Counted from the first letter of the stretch, positions 1-10,601 are shown. The stretch: DNA of 64,000 nucleotides from Trueperaceae bacterium (GCA_040905465.1 JBBDRK010000017.1:107729-171728), one strand, 5' to 3'. The notes: generated from the letters alone by a model not told the origin. A program made the numbers and translations.

Positions 1-279
1 TCCCAGGCAGAACTCTACCGCAAGCTGGTGAATCCGGAGTTCGGGCGGCTCATATCGATCGTCTGCGGAAGCGAGTACCTTAGCGATCAGCTTTCGCCGC
101 TGCTGAAGTGGTGGATACGCGAAGGCACCAACAATCACGGTCAAGGCGGGCGAAACGTAACTATGAATGCGATCGGTCGGCGCGGCCTCAAGTTGCCGCG
201 CGCGGGGAGTTCGGAAGCGGCAGCCAGTAGAAAGAGAGCCGACCAATCGACCGAGTATCAGGTACCAACCAACGCTTAA
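1..279 (+). CDS. C-terminal part of an acyl-CoA dehydrogenase family protein (runs off window start)
   Basis: Frame 1 is open from base 1. GGRNVTMNAIGRRGLKLPR resembles the ACAD C-terminal GGTxEIQRNIIGxRxLGLPR motif, and a second ACAD follows. Confidence 0.6.
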   Translation, partial: SQAELYRKLVNPEFGRLISIVCGSEYLSDQLSPLLKWWIREGTNNHGQGGRNVTMNAIGRRGLKLPRAGSSEAAASRKRADQSTEYQVPTNA

Positions 280-336
280 CAGTCGACCTATCGCTCATAC
301 AGGGCAAGAGGGCACGGATCGAGAGGAGTCATTGAG

Positions 337-1266
337 ATGGATCTGGAACTACCAACGGCGGTAAAGGGATTCGTTAACGATGTCCGAGCGGCGGTGGCTG
401 ACCTGGACAGCGCTTCTCCGGCGGAGTTGTGGGCGGCTGCCAACGAGCAGGGTTGGCTTTCACGCCCCTCTCTCTGGACCGGCACGCTGTTCGAGGCCCT
501 AATTCTCGCCCGTATATTGGGAGAATATGGAATCGAAGCACGTCCGCTAATCGATCAGGTCGCTTGGAGATGGGCGACTGAGAGCGCGGTTCCGCAAGGA
601 ACGGAAGTGAATTATGTGGGCACGTTCCGGATGCCGCTTCCCGACGATCAGGTCTACGCTGGCGCAGGATTCGTACACGTCCCGTATCCATCGGAGGGTG
701 TGCTTTCGACGTCTTCGGTTTCGTCCGACGGTGCGTCTCCAAGTCTCGGCGAATGGGAGCGGCGGAGTGATGCAAGGGTCGCGAGCAGACTGTACTGGCT
801 TCACCGCCTTCTGATATGTTCCCACGCAAATGCGGCTGCTCGGGTTGCCATCGAGATAGCCACCGAGTACTCCAAGGAGCGAAGGCAGTTCGGGCAGGCG
901 ATTGGCACCTTCCAGGGCGTCCAGCACACCTTGGTTCAAGCGTTCAGCGCCGTTACGTCGTTGGACCTGCTCATCGAACGCGCTACCCAACTGCTGGCCG
1001 AAAATGGGCCGGACAGCATAGGAGCGAGAGGACTGCTGGAAATAGTCGTCATTCGCTCGCAGCGCGTGGCCTGGGACGCAGCCATCGCTTCTCACGATGT
1101 TCTGGGTGGCGCCGGTTTCATGCGCAGCCACCCGCTCACTAGCTATTCCGAGCTGCTACTTCGCGCTCACGCGATTCTCGGCGAGAGGCACTCCAACTGG
1201 GAGGCTTCCGTCGACACTATTGTCGCAATGGATTGGCTCTCGACAGAGGGGTTGGCACAAGCGTGA
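337..1266 (+). CDS. Short acyl-CoA dehydrogenase family protein (likely partner subunit of an ACAD pair)
   Basis: YSKERRQFGQAIGTFQGVQH and HDVLGGAGF motifs; GAGGAG SD; only 309 aa. Confidence 0.85.
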   Translation: MDLELPTAVKGFVNDVRAAVADLDSASPAELWAAANEQGWLSRPSLWTGTLFEALILARILGEYGIEARPLIDQVAWRWATESAVPQGTEVNYVGTFRMPLPDDQVYAGAGFVHVPYPSEGVLSTSSVSSDGASPSLGEWERRSDARVASRLYWLHRLLICSHANAAARVAIEIATEYSKERRQFGQAIGTFQGVQHTLVQAFSAVTSLDLLIERATQLLAENGPDSIGARGLLEIVVIRSQRVAWDAAIASHDVLGGAGFMRSHPLTSYSELLLRAHAILGERHSNWEASVDTIVAMDWLSTEGLAQA

Positions 1267-1694
1267 CTTCGCGGGTACCAGCGCCTCAACCCACCCAGCT
1301 CGCCCAGCCATTCTGGGATGCGCTGCTCGAGCAGCGCATCCTCATTCAGCGCTGTAACAGCTGTGGCAATCTCATTCACAATCCCAAGATTCGCTGTCCC
1401 AATTGCCATGGTGCCGATCTCGGCTGGGCCAACTGTCCGACCAGCGGCAGAATCTACTCGTACACCGTGGTTCATCGGCCTCTTAACGACGCCTTCGCGG
1501 ATAACGTGCCGTACGTGATCGGCTTGGTTGAACTAGACGAGGTAAAGGTGAGACTGATGACGAACATCGTGAATTGCGACGAGGAGGCACTCGAAATCGG
1601 GGAGCGCGTGAACGCGGTATTCCCCAAAGTGGCCGACGACTTCACGGTTTTCGCATTCGAGCCAGCAATGAGCGGGGCTTATGACGGGCGGTGA
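1263..1694 (+). CDS. Zn-ribbon/OB-fold protein (DUF35, ChsH2 C-terminal-like)
   Basis: PFW...IQRCNSC...P..RCPNC, GRIYSYTVVH, PYVIGLVELDE..RLMTNIV; GTG start overlaps upstream TGA. Confidence 0.9.
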   Translation: MTSRVPAPQPTQLAQPFWDALLEQRILIQRCNSCGNLIHNPKIRCPNCHGADLGWANCPTSGRIYSYTVVHRPLNDAFADNVPYVIGLVELDEVKVRLMTNIVNCDEEALEIGERVNAVFPKVADDFTVFAFEPAMSGAYDGR

Positions 1695-2875
1695 CTGCCT
1701 TGAACGGTAAGGGACAGTGGCATGAGGTCAAGCGGCTGCTCGACAAGACGTTCATCTCGGGTGTCTATACGACCAAACAGGGACGGCGGCTCGAAGAGTC
1801 GGCTGATGAACTCCTGGCGGAGTCGCTCTTCGGCGCGATAGCCGATGCCGGACTCGAGCCTAGTGAAGTTGATGGACTGGGTGGTTTACGGTCACCGGTC
1901 GAAAGCGCTTCACAAGCGTTTGCCGGGAAGTGGGCGGAAATACTGGGGCATCCGCTACGCTACTACACCACCGTGGATGCGGCCTCTGCGTCACACTGCG
2001 CCGTGCTCTTGCACGCCGCCCTGGCGGTAGGAACCGGACTCGCCAAGCACGTCGTCGTGCTCGGCGGCGGCTCGCGCTCTCGAGGCGACAGGGTCAACGA
2101 GATGGCCAGCTGGCACGGGGAGTTCGACACTTCCTGGGGCACTCTGATACCCAGTTGGTTCGCTTTGATCGCGCAGAGGCACATGTTCCAGTACGGTACG
2201 ACGGCTGAGCAGTTGGCCGAGGTGGCGGTCAGCACCAGGCGGTGGGCAAGCATGAATCCCGACGCCATCATGCGCAAGCCGATTACGGTCGATGACGTTA
2301 TCAGCTCTCGAATGATTTCGAGCCCCTTGCATCTTCTTGACTGCTGCCTAGTCAACGACGGTGCAGGCGCGGTGGTCATCTCTTCGGCTGCCTCGGGCAG
2401 CGCGAACGGCAAGCGTCCAATTAAGATCCTGGGAGGCTCTGAGGAGTACACCTTTCGCGGCTACACAGATGTCCAACACGACATGCTCGACTCCGGAGCC
2501 ACGAGAACCGCCAGAACGGCGATGGAGATGGCGGGGGTGTCACACGACGACATCGATGTCGCCGAACTGTACGATTGTTTCACCATTACAGTTCTCCGCC
2601 TGCTTGAGGACTTCGGTTTCTGCAAGCCGGGCGAATCCGGCGACTTCGTGAGTGGCGGCCGACTGGGTCCGACGGGTTCACTGCCCACGAACACGCACGG
2701 TGGCGGCCTCTCTTTCAGTCACAGTTTCTCGGGCTTGTCACACACGATCGAAGCAGTAAGGCAACTTCGCGGTGAGTGCGGACAACGCCAGGTTCCGAAT
2801 GCCAACATCGCTGTCGCCCACAGCAATGGTGGTCCTCTCGCCCTCCACAGCACGTTGGTGCTTGGAGCAGGCTGA
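1691..2875 (+). CDS. Thiolase-family protein (SCP-x/Ltp2-like)
   Basis: HLLDCCLVNDGAGAVV, ELYDCFT, NTHGGGLS, EAVRQLRGE; coupled to the DUF35 gene. Confidence 0.9.
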   Translation: MTALNGKGQWHEVKRLLDKTFISGVYTTKQGRRLEESADELLAESLFGAIADAGLEPSEVDGLGGLRSPVESASQAFAGKWAEILGHPLRYYTTVDAASASHCAVLLHAALAVGTGLAKHVVVLGGGSRSRGDRVNEMASWHGEFDTSWGTLIPSWFALIAQRHMFQYGTTAEQLAEVAVSTRRWASMNPDAIMRKPITVDDVISSRMISSPLHLLDCCLVNDGAGAVVISSAASGSANGKRPIKILGGSEEYTFRGYTDVQHDMLDSGATRTARTAMEMAGVSHDDIDVAELYDCFTITVLRLLEDFGFCKPGESGDFVSGGRLGPTGSLPTNTHGGGLSFSHSFSGLSHTIEAVRQLRGECGQRQVPNANIAVAHSNGGPLALHSTLVLGAG

Positions 2876-2944
2876 GGTGAGCTTGGGTGTGACAAGGCGA
2901 CACGTCTTTAGCGTATATGCGAGACAAGGAAAGGTGGTAAGCAG

Positions 2945-3607
2945 ATGGAACTGACATTCTGGGGACAGTCCTGCTGGCAGATAAAGATCGACGGAGTAGA
3001 GCTTCTCATCGACCCGTGGTTGACCGGAAACCCCCAACTGGGTTATATACCCGACGGTTTGAACCCGGACCTGATCTTGGTAACCCACAATCATACCGAT
3101 CACGTTGGCGACGCCATTCCACTCGCCAAGCGGTTCGATGCAACGATAATCGCCACACCATCGCATGCACGGCATTACGAGGCGGAGGGTGCCAAGGCCG
3201 AGCGCCTGCACCTCGGCGGGAGAAGGCGGTCCGACTGGGGATCGATCAAGGCCGTGCAGGCGTTCCATGATTCACCGCTTTCAATCGGAAACTCGTGGCG
3301 AGTAGAGCTGGGTGCCGAGTGTGGCTTCGTCATTGAGGCCGAGGGCAAGAAGATCTACCACGCCGGTGACACCTGCCTTTTCAGCGACATGAGCCTGTGG
3401 GCTCCCGTGGACCTTGCTCTCCTGCCAATGGACGGCCAGATGGTGATGGAGGCGGAGGACGCCGTGCGGGCGGCGCAGTTCGTCGAGGCGTCGCTCACGA
3501 TTCCCATTCACTGGAGGAGCAGCGATCCACATGAGTTCGTGCGGATGCTGGAAGCAGCCGGCCTCCGGGGCCAGGTGCCCGAGATCGGCAAGTCGATAAG
3601 CCTATGA
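2945..3607 (+). CDS. Metal-dependent hydrolase, beta-lactamase fold (UPF0173/UlaG-like)
   Basis: LLIDPWLTGNP, THNHTDH, IYHAGDT, IPIH motifs. Confidence 0.9.
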   Translation: MELTFWGQSCWQIKIDGVELLIDPWLTGNPQLGYIPDGLNPDLILVTHNHTDHVGDAIPLAKRFDATIIATPSHARHYEAEGAKAERLHLGGRRRSDWGSIKAVQAFHDSPLSIGNSWRVELGAECGFVIEAEGKKIYHAGDTCLFSDMSLWAPVDLALLPMDGQMVMEAEDAVRAAQFVEASLTIPIHWRSSDPHEFVRMLEAAGLRGQVPEIGKSISL

Positions 3608-3677
3608 AGCCAGTTGTCGAATCACGAGTCGAGCCGGGACGCGCATTGCCGCGTGTGGCGCGAACGGACGCGACCGA

Positions 3678-4412
3678 ATGCGCCGGAGGGTAGCCTTGAA
3701 CGTCGGATTTCGTGTCTATACTGAAGTCAGTCGAGCGCGACGCGAGTTGGTCGAGGCCCTTCAAGATGCTGCTGTTGCCAACATCGCGGACGCGATGCAC
3801 GGCACGGGAGTCATGGATTCTCGCATCGCACCGCTCTATCCAGGAATGAAACGAATCGCTGGTACCGCGATCACTGTCGACGTTACCCCCGGGGACGGAA
3901 TGATGCTGAGGAAGGCCCTTGACATCGCACAAGATGGGGATGTTCTCGTGATTAACGCTCACGGTTGCCGTGAACGAGCTGTTCTGGGGGGAAACGTTTG
4001 TATTGCCGTAAAGCGAAAAAAGCTGGGCGGGATCATCGTAGACGGGGTAGTGCGCGACGTGGAGGAAGCCCGCAACCTGGATGTGGCGGTGATGGCCTGC
4101 GGAGTAAACGCGCGCTCTGGCACCACGAATAGTGGCTGGGGGGAAGTAAACGTCCCAATCGCGTGCGGCGGCTCGGTCGTGAATCCGGGAGATATCGTCA
4201 TCGGCGACTTAGAGGGAGTCGTTGTCGTGAACAAGTTGTTTGCAGGCGATGTTCTCGAGTCGCTGCGGCGAGTCGAGGAGAAAAGAGGCCGCCCGGACGA
4301 GCTCTCTCAACGCTTTGAAAAGAGCGTGTCACAACAAAGCTACGGTCTCACCGCCGTTAACGAAGAGCTGGTTTCGCGTGGTGCCAGCATAATCGATGGT
4401 GCTGTCGCGTAG
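3678..4412 (+). CDS. RraA family / HMG-CHA aldolase-like protein (start uncertain)
   Basis: ANIADAM, AGTAITV...GD, GDVLVIN, GIIVDGVVRDVEE, GDIVIGDLEGVVVV. Confidence 0.88.
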   Translation: MRRRVALNVGFRVYTEVSRARRELVEALQDAAVANIADAMHGTGVMDSRIAPLYPGMKRIAGTAITVDVTPGDGMMLRKALDIAQDGDVLVINAHGCRERAVLGGNVCIAVKRKKLGGIIVDGVVRDVEEARNLDVAVMACGVNARSGTTNSGWGEVNVPIACGGSVVNPGDIVIGDLEGVVVVNKLFAGDVLESLRRVEEKRGRPDELSQRFEKSVSQQSYGLTAVNEELVSRGASIIDGAVA

Positions 4413-4439
4413 TTAGCCCTTGTCGCTGATTGCCGCCCA

Positions 4440-5357
4440 TTGCGGGGTCGTGTGCCGAGTCAACTGAATGCAAGTGTCTTATGGAGACTCGACCGGGTGG
4501 GCGAGCCTGCGCGGAGGAGAGTTACGGAAGAAGCGAGAACAATTCGGGTTGAATTGGGTTATCTCAACCGGTTTGGGCAGTCCCGATCCGTAAATGCGTA
4601 CTTCGTGCGCTACGGGACTGAGGCGGTGATCATTGACACCGGAAATGGTACCTACGAGCATCACTCCCGAATACTGGAGGAGTGGACGAATTTGGGTCAA
4701 CCTCGTGTGCGCTTCATCCTGCTTACACACGGACATTCAGACCATAGCGGAGGCGCTCGTAAGCTGGCCGAAGTGTTCGAGGCACCTGTCGCAATTCACC
4801 GCCTGGACAAGCCTCTTCTCACCAACGCGGTTCCTCTGGTACCCGACGATCTTCGGACGATCGATTCGCAGTTGAATCTCGGTGCGGCTCCGATCACTCC
4901 ACTTCATACTCCGGGCCACACGAACGGGCACGTGTGCTTCCTCCTCACTGGTGAAGCTACCCTCTTTTCAGGCGACACCGTTCCCGCAGTCGCGTCTACT
5001 TTGATTGGACGGACTCACGGAAACATGGCAGCTTATCTGGAATCCCTCCGGTCACTGCTAAAGATACAGTTCGGGACCGTCGCTCCGGGGCACGGAAAAA
5101 TGGTCGACGACGGCTGGCGGCGAACGCTTGATGTCCTCGAGGTACGGCTGAGGCGCGAAGGTGAAATAGTTGCTCTGCTGCGAGTCTCTCCCCGTACGGC
5201 GGAGGACATTATTGGAGTGTTTTACGGCGCATCTGCCAGTTCTGCTACTCGGACGATGGGGCTGACCATGGTCGAAAGCCACCTACGGCACCTTGAGTCG
5301 AATGGCAGAGTTTCAATGACTGATGGGCGTTGGCATCTTGGCCGCAAGTCTTTGTAG
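4440..5357 (+). CDS. MBL-fold metallo-hydrolase with C-terminal winged helix (LACTB2-like; start uncertain)
   Basis: IIDTG, LTHGHSDHSGG, HTPGHTNGH, LFSGD, PGHG, C-terminal SHLRHLE. Confidence 0.88.
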   Translation: MRGRVPSQLNASVLWRLDRVGEPARRRVTEEARTIRVELGYLNRFGQSRSVNAYFVRYGTEAVIIDTGNGTYEHHSRILEEWTNLGQPRVRFILLTHGHSDHSGGARKLAEVFEAPVAIHRLDKPLLTNAVPLVPDDLRTIDSQLNLGAAPITPLHTPGHTNGHVCFLLTGEATLFSGDTVPAVASTLIGRTHGNMAAYLESLRSLLKIQFGTVAPGHGKMVDDGWRRTLDVLEVRLRREGEIVALLRVSPRTAEDIIGVFYGASASSATRTMGLTMVESHLRHLESNGRVSMTDGRWHLGRKSL

Positions 5358-5489
5358 ACGAGGTCCGGTTCGACGAGTACGGTTGTCGAGACCGCCGATA
5401 GAGGGATTCACCGACGCAATCGTCCGCCGGCATAGCAGGTAGTGGATATCACCGCGGGATAATTTCGAGACCTTCCTGACGAGGACTCC

Positions 5490-5972
5490 GTGACCAACCG
5501 CCCTGAGCGACGACCCGACTACTTTCAGGCACTCTGGCTCGCTGATCGTTCAAGCCAGAACGAAGCGAACGGCCGGGCGATGTCCGAGTCCGAGACCCCG
5601 GTCGAGTGGGCGTACGAGTTCTGGGACGAACTGATCGAAAACCTCCGACACCGGGACGGCCACAACCGTGCCATCGCCGCTCAACTTCTCTGCAACCTGG
5701 CCAAGTGCGATCCCGAGGAGCGGATTCTGAGCAACCTTTCGCGGGTGGTCGAAGTCACCAGGGACGAGAGGTTCGTAACGGCACGGCACTGCCTGCAGTC
5801 ACTCTGGAAGATCGGCGTCGTCGGGCCGGCGCACCGAGACCGGCTCGTCGACATGCTGGCCGAGCGGTTCGAAGGCTGCGGGGCAGCGAGGGCCCCGGTG
5901 CACATTGGTCGGGTCCGAGCAAAAGCGCCAGATCACGGACCGGCGTTTAGGTGTCGAAATCTCCCATGCTGA
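5490..5972 (+). CDS. Alpha-helical (HEAT/ARM-like) hypothetical protein, probably 3'-truncated after ~5880
   Basis: Good SD (GAGGA) and protein-like sequence to ...LAERFEGC. The tail is non-protein-like and overlaps the convergent gene. Confidence 0.55.
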   Translation: MTNRPERRPDYFQALWLADRSSQNEANGRAMSESETPVEWAYEFWDELIENLRHRDGHNRAIAAQLLCNLAKCDPEERILSNLSRVVEVTRDERFVTARHCLQSLWKIGVVGPAHRDRLVDMLAERFEGCGAARAPVHIGRVRAKAPDHGPAFRCRNLPC

Positions 5973-6936
5973 TGACGACCTTGCCACGGGCGTGACCCGC
6001 TTCCAGGTAGCTCATCGCTTGCGGGACCTCGCACAACCCGTATTGCCTGTCGACGATCGGCGTGACTTCTTCGGATTCGATGAGGTCCTTCAGGACGATC
6101 AGGTCCTCCTGGACGGTCGAGGTCAGAATCGGGACGAGTTTCTGACTGACGAACAGCGAAAGCACCATGGCCCGGAGCAGCCGGGGCAGCGGCGCCAGCC
6201 AGCGACCGCTTGGTGCGCCGACTAGTACGAGGTACCCTTGAGCGGTCAAGGCTCGCAGGCATTCCGGTAGGGAACGGTTTCCAACGGCATCGAGAATCAG
6301 GTCGTACCGTATTGCGTTCCGGGTGAAGTCCTCCAGGGTGTAATCGACGACGCGGTCAGCGCCGAGCGACCGAACCGTTTCCAGGTTCCGCGTGCTGCAT
6401 ACACCGGTCACGTCTGCTCCGAACCATCTGGCGATCTGGACGGCGAACGTGCCCACGCCGCCCGAAGCGCCGTTTATCAGAACCTTTTGCCCAGGTCGGA
6501 GCTTTCCCTTGTCGCGAAGCCCCTGCAGGGCTGTGAGCCCCGCAACCGGGACGGCTGCTGCCTGCTCGAACGTCAGGTTTGCGGGTTTCAGGGCGAGTGC
6601 GCCTTGCTGGGCGTTCACATACTCGGCGAAGGCGCCGCGTTGCGTCCCGAAGACCTCATCGCCCGACTTGAACTGCGTCACACCGCAGCCGACCGCCTCG
6701 ACCTGTCCAGCCAGATCGACTCCCAGGCGAGTGACTCTTGGTTTGCCGATCCCGGCTCCGGCGCGCATGATGTACGGCTCGCCTCGCATGAAGTGCCAGT
6801 CCACCGGATTGAGGGCAGCCGCGCGAACGCGCACGAGCACCTCCTCGTCGCCGACGACCGGTTTGTCCAGTTCCTGGAGTTCCAGGACATCGGGCGAGCC
6901 GTACTGCCGCTGCACGATCGCCTTCATCAGTCCCAT
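5947..6936 (-). CDS. NAD(P)-dependent medium-chain oxidoreductase (zinc-free MDR / quinone oxidoreductase-like)
   Basis: MKAIVQRQYGSPDVL, AALNPVDW, INGASGGVGTFAVQIA, GHARGKVVI. Confidence 0.92.
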   Translation of the reverse strand: MGLMKAIVQRQYGSPDVLELQELDKPVVGDEEVLVRVRAAALNPVDWHFMRGEPYIMRAGAGIGKPRVTRLGVDLAGQVEAVGCGVTQFKSGDEVFGTQRGAFAEYVNAQQGALALKPANLTFEQAAAVPVAGLTALQGLRDKGKLRPGQKVLINGASGGVGTFAVQIARWFGADVTGVCSTRNLETVRSLGADRVVDYTLEDFTRNAIRYDLILDAVGNRSLPECLRALTAQGYLVLVGAPSGRWLAPLPRLLRAMVLSLFVSQKLVPILTSTVQEDLIVLKDLIESEEVTPIVDRQYGLCEVPQAMSYLEAGHARGKVVISMGDFDT

Positions 6937-6961
6937 TCGTACGCCTGTTCGGACTCCCCGA

Positions 6962-7387
6962 TCAGCAATACGTGCTTCGCAGATGTTCGACTGACCGCTC
7001 TACCAGCGTGCGCAGTACGCCGCGGTCGACATCGTCGAGCTTGTTCAGGTAAAGGCAACCCTTTCCCGACTTGAATTTGCCGAGCCTGGCCGTCAAGTCC
7101 GGCTCCGACTCGAAGACGGACATGTCGCAATTCATGTACAAGGTCAGGTTGCGCTTGCGCGGGGAGAAGCCGGTGAGAAAGGTGTCGCCTTCGTGGCCAC
7201 TGGCGTAACGGTAGTGGTAGCTGCCGAAGCCGACCATGCTCGAGCCCCACATCTTCGGCTCCTCTTTCGTGACGTCTCGCAATAGATCGAGAAGCTCGAG
7301 GCAATCCTGACTGCGCTGATCGTCCTCGACCCTCGCCAGGAAGGCGTTGACACTGTCAGCCGTGGGCTTGGTCTTCAGCTCGGTCAA
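6962..7387 (-). CDS. DUF1801 domain protein
   Basis: KMWGSSMVGFGSYHYRYASG, GFSPRKRNLTLY, LGKFKSGKGCLY. Confidence 0.88.
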   Translation of the reverse strand: MTELKTKPTADSVNAFLARVEDDQRSQDCLELLDLLRDVTKEEPKMWGSSMVGFGSYHYRYASGHEGDTFLTGFSPRKRNLTLYMNCDMSVFESEPDLTARLGKFKSGKGCLYLNKLDDVDRGVLRTLVERSVEHLRSTYC

Positions 7388-8046
7388 GGTGGAGCTCCCG
7401 AGATCAGCGCGCGAACCTTGAGGTGCGTAACCTCTGGTGTCGCGACCGTGCGTACCAGTTCGAGGCCGTGCAGATCGTCACCAACGCCGTCGAACAGCCT
7501 CGCACCACCGCCGAGAAGAATCGGTACCAGGTGCAACTCCATTTCGTCCACCAGTCCCGCCGAAAGGTACTGCCCCGCGATGTTGGCCGCGCCGGCCAAA
7601 GCAACGTCCTTGCCGCCCGCGGACTGCCGGGCCAGCTCGAGCGCCGCCTCGATACCCTCGGTCACGAAGTAGAAGGTGGTGCCGCCCTCCATCTCGAGCG
7701 GCTCGCGTGGATGATGGGTTACGACGACGACCGGGTGATGGAAAGGCGGATTTCTGCCCCACCACCCGGTCCAGGGTTTCGCCTCGTCCCATGGGCCCGG
7801 ATGGCCGCCGAACATATTGCGGCTCATCAGCGTCGCGCCGATGTCCGAGTTCAACTGCTCTACTACCGCGTTGCTCTCGTTTGCCTCTCCACCCTCGCGG
7901 CCGTGCGGTTCGCGCCAGGCCTTTAGCGGGAACACCCACTCGTGCAGGCGCTCTCCACCCACGCCCAGCGGGTTTTCGAGGCTCTGGTTCGGGCCGGCCA
8001 CGAAACCATCGAGCGACATGGAGATCCGGAACCGCAGCTGTGACAT
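7384..8046 (-). CDS. Dihydrofolate reductase / RibD C-terminal domain family protein
   Basis: SMSLDGFVAGP, PPFHHPVVVVTH, GLVDEMELHLVPILLGGG. ATG at 8046 lies 6 nt after TACACT. Confidence 0.9.
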   Translation of the reverse strand: MSQLRFRISMSLDGFVAGPNQSLENPLGVGGERLHEWVFPLKAWREPHGREGGEANESNAVVEQLNSDIGATLMSRNMFGGHPGPWDEAKPWTGWWGRNPPFHHPVVVVTHHPREPLEMEGGTTFYFVTEGIEAALELARQSAGGKDVALAGAANIAGQYLSAGLVDEMELHLVPILLGGGARLFDGVGDDLHGLELVRTVATPEVTHLKVRALISGAPP

Positions 8047-8058
8047 GAGCCGAGTGTA
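8047..8058 (-). promoter_or_regulatory. -10 element for a leaderless transcript
   Basis: Minus strand reads TACACT-cggctc-ATG with no SD. Confidence 0.45.
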
Positions 8059-8106
8059 CACGGCGAACCCGCGGACGAGCCAATCCACCGAGGCAACACC
8101 AGCTCC

Positions 8107-10595
8107 TCAAACATCCGCGAGCGACTCCAGAGCAAACCCGACCGCACCGCGCAGATCCATGCCCCGCCCCCGCGACCAGCCGGCTTCGAAAGCCTCATGG
8201 CCGCTCCGGCCTTGTCGCCCAGCTTCTCCGACATGGCCAGGCTCTCCTCCAGCATCGCGCCGGCTTCGTCGAACCGGCCCTGCAGGCTGTAGAGAATCCC
8301 CAACTCGGCGAGCCCCAACGAAACGCCCGCCTCGTCACCGGTCTCGCGGGCAACGGCCAGGCCCTGCGAGAAAAGTTCCTCCGCCAGGCCGTACTCGCCC
8401 ACGTACAAGGCGTTGTCGGCCTGTTCGTTCAACGCCAGGAACTCCGTCTTCCGGTCCCCCACTTCTCGCGCCACCGCAAGCGCTTCTTCGGAGAATGCGC
8501 GGCCAAGCTCGATCTCGCCCTGCAGTGTCGCCTTCAAGCCGGCACCTCGTAACGCCTTCGCCCGGGCGGCGGTTCGTTGTGGGGTAGGAATCGCCAGAAC
8601 CCGGCCCAGCCACTCGCGCGGCTCGGACACCATTCCCCGCCAACCCCAATACCAGTTCAGGGAACCGGCGAGCCTCAGACCCAACTCGGCCTGAACGCTC
8701 GACTCCGCCCAATCTAGAGCGGCCCGGAAGTTGTCGTACTCGGCCCCCACCCGCGCCAACCACGACTCTTGCTGAGGGGTGAAGTCGTGCTCCCCGGCTT
8801 CCTCCGACATCGAGGCGAAGTATCCGGCATGCCTGTCCTTCACCTCGCGCTCCTCGTCCGGGTGCTCGGCCAGCTTCTCGCTGCTGAACTGATAGAGCAG
8901 CGGGTGCTGGTCGTAGCGCCCTGTTGCCGAGACGCGCAGGAGCGACTTGTCGATGAGCGCCGCCAGGACGGGTATGGTCGAGCCGGCGACGAAGGCAGCC
9001 GCTTCCCGGCGGAATCCTCCACGGAAGGCCGCCAACTTCCGCAAAACAACCTTTTCCCGTTCCGTCAGGAGTGTCCACGAATGCTCGAAGGCGGCACGAA
9101 TGCTGTGGTGACGGTCCGGTGCGTTCCGGTTGCCGCCGCCGAGGAAGTCCAGATTACGGGCTACCTCCAGCGCAATGTCGGCCACCGGCAGGACCCGGAC
9201 CCAGACTGCAGCGAGCTCCAGCCCCAGCGGCAAACCGTCAATGAGCCGGCAGATCTCGAGAAGGTGCGGCAGCTCCTCCTGGCCCAGGCCGAAGCCGGGC
9301 CTCACCTGCCGCGCACGGGCCAGGAAGAAGCGGACCGCGTCGAACGCCTGTGCCTCTTCCGCGGAGGCTGTTGGCACCGGGTAGGCTAGCCCGCTCAGCG
9401 GCATCAACCACTCCTCGGCCAGGCCGAGGCGTTCGCGCGAAGTGACGAGCAGATCGATGCCGGGACAGGCCCTCAGCAGCGCTGCCGGTATGGCCGCTTC
9501 GTCGAGGAGCTGTTCGTAATTGTCGAGCACCAAAAGCATCCGCGCATTGGCGAGTGCGCCGGTAACCTGCGCCAGAGGGTCGGCCTTGCCCTCGAGCGCG
9601 ATCTCCAGCTCGGAGGCGATCGCGAGGGGAACGCTGGCCGAAGATACGGCGGAGTCCAGCGGCACGAAGTGAGCGCCATCGCGGTAGCTTCCCCGCAACT
9701 CCGTGGCCGCCTGCAGCGCCAGCCGCGTTTTTCCCACGCCCCCGGGGCCGGTCAACGTAACCAGCCGGTGTGAAGACTGGCTCAGCATACTGATCAGTTC
9801 GCCCAGCTCCAGGTCGCGGCCCAGAAAGGTGCTGTGGGGGGAGCCCCTGATGCTTCTGGCGGCCCCGGCTATGCCTGGCGATCTCGGTGCCGGTACAGGA
9901 CGGCCGGTGCCAACCGAGGCGACTTCGGGAGACGCCTCCCTGGGGGCTGCTAGGTTCGGCCGCAGCTCCCTCCTGCTGTTGGCCCACCTGCGCCTGCTGG
10001 TCGGCCAACTGTTCCTGGATCGCCTGCTCGAGCCTCTCGGTAGCGGAGGCGGGCGTCAGATCCAGCTTCTCCGCAAGCGTCTTGCTGAAGTTGTGATAGT
10101 GCCTCGAGGCAAGTTTCGGCTGTCCGCTCTGCGCGAGAAGGCGCATGATCGACTGCAGCGCATCCTCGTCCAGCGGGTCCTGGGCCAGCAGGCCCTCCGG
10201 CACTTTTACCGCTTCAGAGATTCTGTCGGCGTCCTCGATTTCCGCCGACCGGCGGAAGGCGGCGGTTCGGTACGATTCCTTGAGGACTTCCCGTTCCATC
10301 TCCAGCCAGGTGGCGAACTCTCCGGTACCATCGAAGCTCGCGCCGCCGAACAAGTCGCCCCGATAGAGGCGAGACCTTCGTCCCAGGCCTCGTTCTCCAC
10401 CGCCGATCTGAACGCCTCGACGTCGCACTCCACTCGCCAGCGCAGCCGGGTGTTCTCGGCGTCCAAATCGCGTGCGAACGGCAGGTTCCTGCAACGCGCC
10501 AGGAGGCCGCGCAGGTTGGTGCGCGCCTGCTCGTTGCCGGCGTCGGGCCAGAACAGGAACGCCAGCTTCTCGCGCTCCACCCAGCCGCCTTCCGC
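8107..10595 (-). pseudogene. Disrupted AfsR/SARP-type BTAD-ATPase-TPR regulator
   Basis: wHTH remnant WVEREKLAFLFWPD; frameshift ~10375 into BTAD (LYRGDL...DPLDE); shift between ~9840 and ~10000 into P-loop LTGPGGVGKTRLA, then TPRs. The C-terminus HEAFEAGWSRGRGMDLRGAVGFAL is in another frame ending at 8107. The 5' end is missing. Confidence 0.8.
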
Positions 10596-10601
10596 TCGCC
10601 C

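Noticed and set aside
9840-10380. Programmed ribosomal frameshifting in the BTAD-ATPase gene
   Set aside because: No slippery heptamer with downstream structure seen; multiple lesions fit decay or sequencing error better.
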